Part shown: positions 37,782 to 44,966 of the stretch, in pieces
Position numbering within the stretch: position 1 is the first letter of the stretch
Layout: each line of letters opens with the position of its first letter
Assembly (NCBI RefSeq): GCF_001194135.2
Contig: NC_068994.1
Span: 7,188,421-7,233,386, forward strand
Direction: 5' to 3'
DNA: 44,966 nucleotides
Origin: Octopus bimaculoides
Lineage: Eukaryota
Notes under the pieces: model-generated
The model's input: the letters and a program-made list of their open reading frames with translations, nothing else
The model's database searches: none
Told to the model about the DNA's origin: nothing
Made by a program: the position numbers and the translations under genes

Positions 37782-38711
37782 ATGAAGAAGGTCGGAAAGC
37801 AGAAATGGGAGCTAACTGGATACACGGCATTGAGAAAAACCCAATTTACCAGATTGCTGAAAGCAACGAGCTTTTACAGTTGCGTAATAAGAACAAAACT
37901 CTACGACATAAACGCCTTTTTCTGCAGGAGGATGGGACAAGCATCTGTGGCGAAGTCCTAAACAAAGTCGATCTCGCTTTCGGCCAGTGTATGGTTGAAT
38001 GTGAAGCTTTTTTCAAGGACGATTTGGATATACCCGGCAACATGGAAAGCGTTGGAGATTACATCGATCAGGATCTTTATTACCATCTTGACAACTTATC
38101 CTACGAAGAAAGAAAGCGATTCTTACTCGTCTATGAGCAGCGTGTCTCATCAGAATGCATCATTAATGGATGCAATAGCCTCTTTGATGTGTCACTAAGT
38201 GATATTGGTAGCTATGAAGAGCTGCCTGGAATCCACTATACTATTCCCCCAGGTTTTGAGAAGGTTATCGAAATTCTCAAGAGCAATATCCCACCAAATT
38301 CTATTCTTTTAAACCATCCTGTACGCTGTATACACTGGGCTCGTCCAGTGAACTGTGAGAATAGAGAACACCCAGTGTGTGTCGAGTGCGAGAACCAAGA
38401 ACTATTCCAGGCTGATCATGTGATAGTCACAGTTTCCCTTGGTGTGCTGAAGGCTGCGTGCAACCGAATGTTCAACCCACAAATACCAAATCGGAAGCTA
38501 CTAGCCATCGATCATCTGGGTTTCGGTATTGTAGATAAGATCATTTTGGAGTTTGACCGATCCATAATTGACTCCGACACAAAGCTTATAAACCTGCTCT
38601 GGAACAGTAAGAGAGACTCAAATAAAGAGAACTTCCGGAGCCCGAACCTCGGAGACACCTGGGTGAGAGGTATTACCTCGTTTGAGGTCATTCACAAGAA
38701 TGTTTTATTGG
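37782..38711 (+). CDS. SMOX: Spermine oxidase-like flavin amine oxidase, second coding exon (930 nt, phase 1 at both ends)
   Basis: Acceptor tcttcttccAG| at 37781 and donor ttgG|GTAAGT at 38712. Motifs EMGANWIHG..NPIY, DVSL, PGF..V.E.L...IP, ADHVIVTVSLGVLK and LGFGIVDKIILEF match the SMOX/PAOX family. NPIY, HYTIPPGF and DVSL look closer to SMOX than PAOX (comparison from memory). The protein is incomplete; later exons were not found. Confidence 0.93.
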
Positions 38712-38718
38712 GTAAGTT

Positions 38719-38752
<34 letters not shown>

Positions 38753-39099
38753 NNNNNNNNNNNNNNNNNNNNNNNNNNNNNNNNNNNNNNNNNNNNNNNN
38801 NNNNNNNNNNNNNNNNNNNNNNNNNNNNNNNNNNNNNNNNNNNNNNNNNNNNNNNNNNNNNNNNNNNNNNNNNNNNNNNNNNNNNNNNNNNNNNNNNNNN
38901 NNNNNNNNNNNNNNNNNNNNNNNNNNNNNNNNNNNNNNNNNNNNNNNNNNNNNNNNNNNNNNNNNNNNNNNNNNNNNNNNNNNNNNNNNNNNNNNNNNNN
39001 NNNNNNNNNNNNNNNNNNNNNNNNNNNNNNNNNNNNNNNNNNNNNNNNNNNNNNNNNNNNNNNNNNNNNNNNNNNNNNNNNNNNNNNNNNNNNNNNNNN

Positions 39100-39132
<33 letters not shown>

Positions 39133-39983
39133 GTTCAATTCCACTCATTTATTAATTATCCGTTTTTTTTTGTTTTTTTTTTTGTCAAAGCTCTTTTGTT
39201 CCCTTTTCTGCAACCTTCTCAGTAACTATTGACTCATTACGAAATCGATACAAAATCATTTTTTTATTTATCTACTAATTGTTGCAAAAAAGGAAATCGG
39301 TGTTTCTTTCTATAATGGTTTCAGAGACTGGAATGCAGCATTGCTGTTAAGGGTTTCAGTCGATCTTATCGATCCCACCATGTACTTATTTTATCAGCCT
39401 CTATTTAGCAAATAGCTAAGTCTTAGTTTTTCTTGGCATAAAAGCACACAGCTCATCGCACCAATTTACATCGAAGCACGTGCAATCACACGCACACGCA
39501 CGCGCACTTGTAGGCTTTTAAATACTTTCTGCTACTAAATTTCTCTCTAATAAGCTTTTTAGTTGTTACAAGGCTACACTAAGATATTTTGCACAAGATT
39601 GTGTGTGGGTGTTGTTGTGTAGGTACCCGTGCTTGCAGACGTGTGTTTATGTTTATATGCATGCATTCATATGTGTGTATGTCTGCATGCATGTGTGCTA
39701 CTGTGTGTATATAAGTGCTGGTTTGCACATGCTTGTTAGTGTGCATGCACGTTAGTGTACATGCATGCATGCCGATGTGCATGCATGCTGTGTGCTGGTG
39801 TGTGTGTGCATGCATGCTGGTGTATGCGTACATCCTGGTGTGTGTGTGCATACACGTGTACGTACGTGTGTGTGCTTGTGTATTTTCCTGTGTGGGTACA
39901 TGTGTATGCTTGTGTTCATGTATGTACATGTGTGTGCTAGTGCGTTCATGTGCATGTTTGTGTATATTTTAACGTGCATGTTC

Positions 39984-40021
<38 letters not shown>

Positions 40022-40654
40022 ACATGCATGCGTTTTCCAAAATTCTTCTTTTGCTGTTAATGTAGCTTGAGGAGCTGTCAATCAAAGCAAACACATTAAT
40101 ATTCAGTATGTTGAGTTAATTCCTCTGTCAACTGGGAAGACAGAATCGTTAGCTATTTATTTGTACATACCAATAAACAAAATATTTTTTTATTACTATG
40201 ATATATTTCAAATAAAATAAACAAAAAAATTAGCATTAAATATTTCAACTTGTGTAAGCACAGTGGAATCTGTTCTTTAGCATTCGTTTTGATAATAATT
40301 GACATTAATGCGTCAGTCAGAAAGTAGTAACATTTCTTTTATCGCAATTCAATGACAAATATAGAGAAATGTCTAGCAACACTGGAATATATCAAATAGC
40401 AATCACATATTTCTTTATAAAACAAGGTGGGTGGTAAGCTGGTAGTTGTTAGTATGCCAGGTAAAATGCTTATCTGCATTTTGCTCATCTTTGTTCTGCG
40501 TTCAAATGCTGCCGAGGTCAACTTTACCTTTCGTTCTTTCGGAGTCGATAGAATAAGTAGCAGTTGAATGCCGAGATCAATGAAATCATCTCGCCACCCC
40601 TCTCTCTCTCTCTCCCCAAATTTCAGGTTGTGTGCCTATAATTGAAAGGATATA

Positions 40655-40972
40655 GACCACCCCCACTTTGGTCATGAATGACCGTGGGATTGCACCTAGA
40701 AAGTTACCCTCAGAGGCACAAATCTTGACAAGGTTGTTTATGGAAGACCAGCAATCGCCCATGCATACCAGCCTCCCTTCTCCGCATCACTGATGTTATC
40801 CAAAGGAAAGGTAAAAACTGATACAGCTTGGCACCAGAGATGCTGCAACTCGTTTCTACAGCTGAGTGAACTGGGGCAACGTGAAATAGTCTTGTTCAAG
40901 AATGCAACACACAGCCTGGTCAGAGAATTGAACTCGGTACCACATGATTGTGAGCCCAATGCTCTAAGCTCT
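40655..40972 (-). mobile_element. SINE family E copy
   Basis: The reverse complement gives a tRNA-like head (agagc..ttgggctcacaatc...gagttcaattc), then cttgaacaagactatttcacgttgc.ccagttcactcagctgtagaaa.gag. Confidence 0.75.
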
Positions 40973-41037
40973 GATTAAAAGTTTCAAGATTGGGCATTTG
41001 AAGAGGTTTAAGAGAGCTCCATCCTGCTGTTGCTAGT

Positions 41038-41119
41038 GGAGAGGGGAGGCTGGTATGCATGGGTGACTATCGGTCTTCCATAAACAACCTTGCCTGGACT
41101 TGTGCCTCGGAGGGTAACT
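41038..41119 (+). mobile_element. Partial family E 3' segment, inverted relative to 40702-40783
   Basis: About 82 bp of reverse-complement match with roughly 10 mismatches, counted by eye. Confidence 0.8.
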
Positions 41120-41154
41120 GAAGTGGGGTCTCTGCTCTGCATATATATATATAT

Positions 41155-41700
41155 CATCATCATCGTTGTTTAACGTCCGCTTTCCATGCTAGCATGGGTT
41201 GGACGATTTGACTGAGGACTGGTGAAGCCAGATGGCTACACCAGGCTCCAATCTGATTTGGCAGAGTTTCTATGGCTGGATGCCCTTTTACGTGCCACCA
41301 GCACGAAGGCCAGTCAGGCGGGTACTGGCGACAGCCACGCTCGAAATGGTGTATTTAATGTGCCACCCGCACAAGAGCCAGTCCGGGGGCACTGGCAACG
41401 ATCTCGCTCAAAAGTCCTTACACATGCCACGGGCATAAGTGCCAGAAAGGCGACGCTGGGCACAGGTGCCATCCCGATTTCGCTTTCGCTTGCCCCAATA
41501 AGTCTTCGCAAGCTGAGTTTCGTGTCCAATGAAGGAGACGATGTTGGCATGGGTACCAGTCGTCGAATTTAGTTCGATTTCAATTTCACTTGCCTCGAAA
41601 AGTCTTCGCAAGCGGAGTTTAGTGTCCAATGAAGGAAAGGTACACATAAGTGGGCTGGCTACACCCCTGGCAGAGGCCTTGGATTTAGGTCTCAAAGGCA
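41155..41700 (-). mobile_element. RTE-like retroposon 3' region with a (GAT)n tail
   Basis: The reverse complement ends ccaacccatgctagcatggaaagcggacgttaaacaacgatgatgatgat, which I recognise as an RTE-type 3' end. It contains internal duplications. Confidence 0.6.
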
Positions 41701-42119
41701 ATATATTGTTAGATATTTATCTCACCAGATGGAGTACGTTTTTTTTTTTTTTTTGTACACTANNNNNNNNNNGAGTACGTTTTTTTTTTTTTTTTGTACA
41801 CTAACACACACGCACACACACGAGAGATAGATAGATAGAGAAAGAGAGAGGGTGGGGTATATGGTTGGTGTTGAGTGACATTAAGCTGATTGTAAAGAAA
41901 TTGGTGCAGTGTATATAAGCATTAAAGGAAGTTGTTTATTTCATGTATTTGTGACATTGTGCATAGGTGATTGTCCTTGATTTTTCTGGAATATAGACTG
42001 TAGCGATAATAGAGGAGTGAACTACCGAGGTAAATAAATAAATGACAGACAGTAACTTAAGCTGAAGTAAACAGAATACCAACATTCTATCTTTATAACA
42101 CCCCTCCATGAAATATAAT

Positions 42120-42179
42120 AGGACTGAACCCGGAACCATGTGGTTGGTAAGCAAGCTACTTACCACGCAGCCACTCCTG
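42120..42179 (-). mobile_element. SINE family A head fragment
   Basis: Reverse complement caggagtggctgcgtggtaagtagcttgcttaccaaccacatggttccgggttcagtcc. Confidence 0.85.
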
Positions 42180-43804
42180 TTATTTTAAAGTTCCTAAGTT
42201 TTTTGATGCTAATCCAAGACATTGGTTAGTCTGTGGCTATAGAAGATACTTGCCTAAGGTGCTGCACAGAGAGGACTGGACTTTTTTTTTCAACATTAAT
42301 TTCTTTGACTACATTAACTCTGTCATCCCTTTGTAAAAGAAACAGTTAGGTAAGGTTTCAGAGAGATTGGCTGCTATTTCTAGCAGGTGGAATGACGACG
42401 TGGTGGCTTGTTAAAACCTTCTGTTGGGTGAGACTTGGATGTTTTTTATAAAATATTTTTTTTTTTTTTTTTAGTGTTGGAGTAAATATGATAGAGCAAC
42501 GATAACGAACATTAGTGCAATTTGTTATAAATAATTTACAGTTATTGAATAACAACCACACTGGATACATAAATTATGTTTCAGTCTAGCAACTAGACGA
42601 GCTAACTGCCAAAGTTTGTAAGCTAACGAGGACAGCTTGGTGTGGTCGTTTTGATTGCTAGAAATAACAGTCAAATCTCCTTTACATCGCTCTGTTACCT
42701 TAGAAAGGAAAGACATTGGACAATGCAGTTTTGGATCAAATGACTTGTATTTGATTATAGTTTACTTAAGGCATTGAGATGGCAGAATCATTAGCATGCT
42801 GGGTGAAATGCTTAGCAGCCTTTCACTCATGTTGTGAGTTCAAATTCTGCCGTGGTCAACTTTGATTTCATCCATTTGGATTCGATGAAATAAGTACCAG
42901 TTGAGCACTGGGGTTATAGCTTTGTGCCAAAATTTGAATTTAGGGAGCAAGTCGGGAGAATTGTTATCATGCCAGACAAAATTCTTAGTGGCATTTCTTC
43001 CGATTTCGCATTCCAAGTTCAAATCCTGCTCGTGCTGACTTTGCCTTTGCCAAAATCCTTTCAATGTTGGTAAAATAAAATACCAGTGTTGCACTGGGGT
43101 CAGTATAAATTACTTACTTTCTCCCTGGAGATTGCTGGCCTTGTGCCCATATTTGAAACTAATATTACAAACGCGTCAAATCTATTTGGAAATCTAATTA
43201 ACAGATTTGACCAAACTTGTTTTTAACCACCATCCTTTCAAATCTCTGTGGCGCAATACGAGCAGTTTGTGTATCAAAAGTAGTCTGTGTTCAATTCATT
43301 TTACTTTTATCATTGTCTGCAGTCGTCAGAGTGGGACTGCAGCCAAGTCGAAGGGTTCGAAGCTTGTATCAACAACTGGAATCAATTGATAACAATATGC
43401 CATTAACTGATGCAATGTGCACAATTTCGTAATAATGCACTAAATATATAGTGCATTTCTGTGTGTACATGTGTGTATACACACACAAGTATATTTGTGT
43501 ATGTCGTCGTCATACAAACACACATGCATTCTCTCTTATTTTATTCAATGAATTGTAACCATCCTGGGACACAACCTTGCAGGGTTTAGTCTGTCTAATT
43601 GCCCCCCACCACACACACATTAGGACCATGACAAGTGGCAAAATACTTGCACTCATTCACCCCATGTCAGCATGTAAAAACAGACATAAAATAATGGTAT
43701 TATCCATATATATATATATATATATATGTATGTATATATATATACGCACGCACGCAATCTGCTGGAATGTTCATCTATGACTGTTGTGGCAAAATAAACT
43801 CTTT

Positions 43805-44030
43805 CTAAGTCTGGTTATGTAGCCTCTGTCTCAAATGTATCTGTAATGCCTTCCAGGTGTTGGAAATCTGAAGTTTGTAGTTGGGTTGGCTAGACACTGT
43901 ATTCAGTCTGTAGATAACTGGCTCCTGCTGACTAACTTTCAGTGATACAAGTGGAATGCCAGCTATGCTCTGTACACTTCTTCTCTGTACCTGCTGCACA
44001 GCCTTCTGGTCAGATATGGAATTGCTAGCT
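43805..44030 (-). pseudogene. Possible CR1/L2 LINE ORF2 C-terminal remnant
   Basis: Minus-strand DQKAVQQVQRRSVQSIAGI resembles the DIxxLExVQRRATKMIxGL motif that follows RT in CR1/L2 elements. This is a single weak motif. Confidence 0.35.
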
Positions 44031-44304
44031 TACCACTACAGCAATGCAGTGGTAGATAAGAATGTTATCAGTTCTATACCACTGAAGTAGCTGAAATAAA
44101 TAAATAAATAAATAGAAAGGGTTATCTTTCTTTAGCACCCTAAGGCAATACAACCTTTATTTGATCACATTCTTTGTAGAACTACCGTTCTATGTTATGT
44201 GGAAGCTTTCTGTATTTGATGGCATAAAAGATGCACAGATATGTTAGACGTCTCTCAATTTTAGCAGAATACATTCAAGGAAAAATGTTTACGATGCCTT
44301 AAGG

Positions 44305-44562
44305 CAGGGGTTTTCAAACTGTGGTCCACGGACCACAGTGGGTCCATGGACAGCAAATACTTTTTATGGGCAATTTGATTTTATATATGTTTTTTAATCG
44401 AAATCTTTTAATTGACAATAAACCTATTTGTTAAATACTGTTAAATAAATAAATGTAAAAATGTTATTTTAAGCAAATATTTATGTATAAATTTCATAAG
44501 CGTTTATAGGTAAAGCCTGGAATATAAAGGGCTCCGCAAGTCAAAAAGTTTGAAAACCCCTG
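44305..44562. mobile_element. hAT (Charlie/Buster-type) MITE, 258 bp
   Basis: Perfect 16-bp TIR caggggttttcaaact/agtttgaaaacccctg and perfect 8-bp TSD CCTTAAGG at 44297-44304 and 44563-44570. Confidence 0.95.
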
Positions 44563-44701
44563 CCTTAAGGCTTAAAGGAAGGCCCAGTTTCACATATAGG
44601 ATTTGGAGTGACTTTTTTTTATGGTGGGAGGGGCGTTTTTGTGGGGCAGGAGGGTATCTTACATGCCATCATATATGGTAAATAAAAATGGTTGATATTA
44701 C

Positions 44702-44966
44702 TTTACTGCTCTTTTACTCTTTTACGTGTTTCAGTCATTTGACTGCGGCCATGCTGGAGCACCGCTTTTTAGTTGAGCTAATCGCCCTCAGGACTTATTC
44801 TTTGTAAGCCTAGTACTTATTCTATCGGTCTCTTTAGCCGAACCGCTAAGTTACAGGGGCGTAAACACACCAGCATCGGTTGTCAAGCGATGTTGGGGGG
44901 GACACACACACAAACATACACACACACACAAACATACACACACACACAAACATACACACACACACA
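44702..44966 (-). mobile_element. Young SINE family A copy (3' half, continues past the window)
   Basis: Reverse complement of 37490-37680 at roughly 90% identity by eye. Confidence 0.9.

Noticed and set aside
41743-41800. Direct repeat gagtacg(T)ngtacacta on both sides of a 10-N gap
   Set aside because: Typical unmerged contig overlap (assembly artefact). The near-duplicate flanks around the 8662-8742 gap are probably the same.
43852-43955. Candidate exon 3 after ccttccAG
   Set aside because: In phase 1 it reads GVGNLKFVVGLARHC...stop, with no similarity to the expected SMOX segment.

Overview
Eukaryotic, repeat-dense, gap-rich (N) genomic DNA, very probably octopus. That assignment is inferred from the tRNA-derived SINE families and the extreme microsatellite load; no database search was run. 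The one protein-coding gene I can support is a + strand FAD-dependent polyamine oxidase, most similar to spermine oxidase (SMOX). It has two coding exons here: 12613-12880 (Rossmann GxGxxG, GGRIWT) and 37782-38711 (EMGANWIHG to NVLLG). They are joined in phase across a ~24.9 kb GT-AG intron, and the 3' end of the gene is not visible. The rest consists of several SINE families in many copies, hAT-type and other MITEs, decayed LINE fragments, micro/minisatellites and assembly gaps. Almost all other ORF-track entries are microsatellite or N read-through. I found no convincing new multi-gene system. The best leads are: (i) a small TIR element filled with telomere-like TTAGGG repeats, found twice and both times inside a SINE; (ii) a symmetric 930-nt, stop-free exon flanked by inverted SINEs, a circRNA/RNA-editing candidate; (iii) a hammerhead-like motif; (iv) SINEs with swapped modules; (v) several unexplained hairpins and a 31-bp TAATTA-bearing minisatellite.
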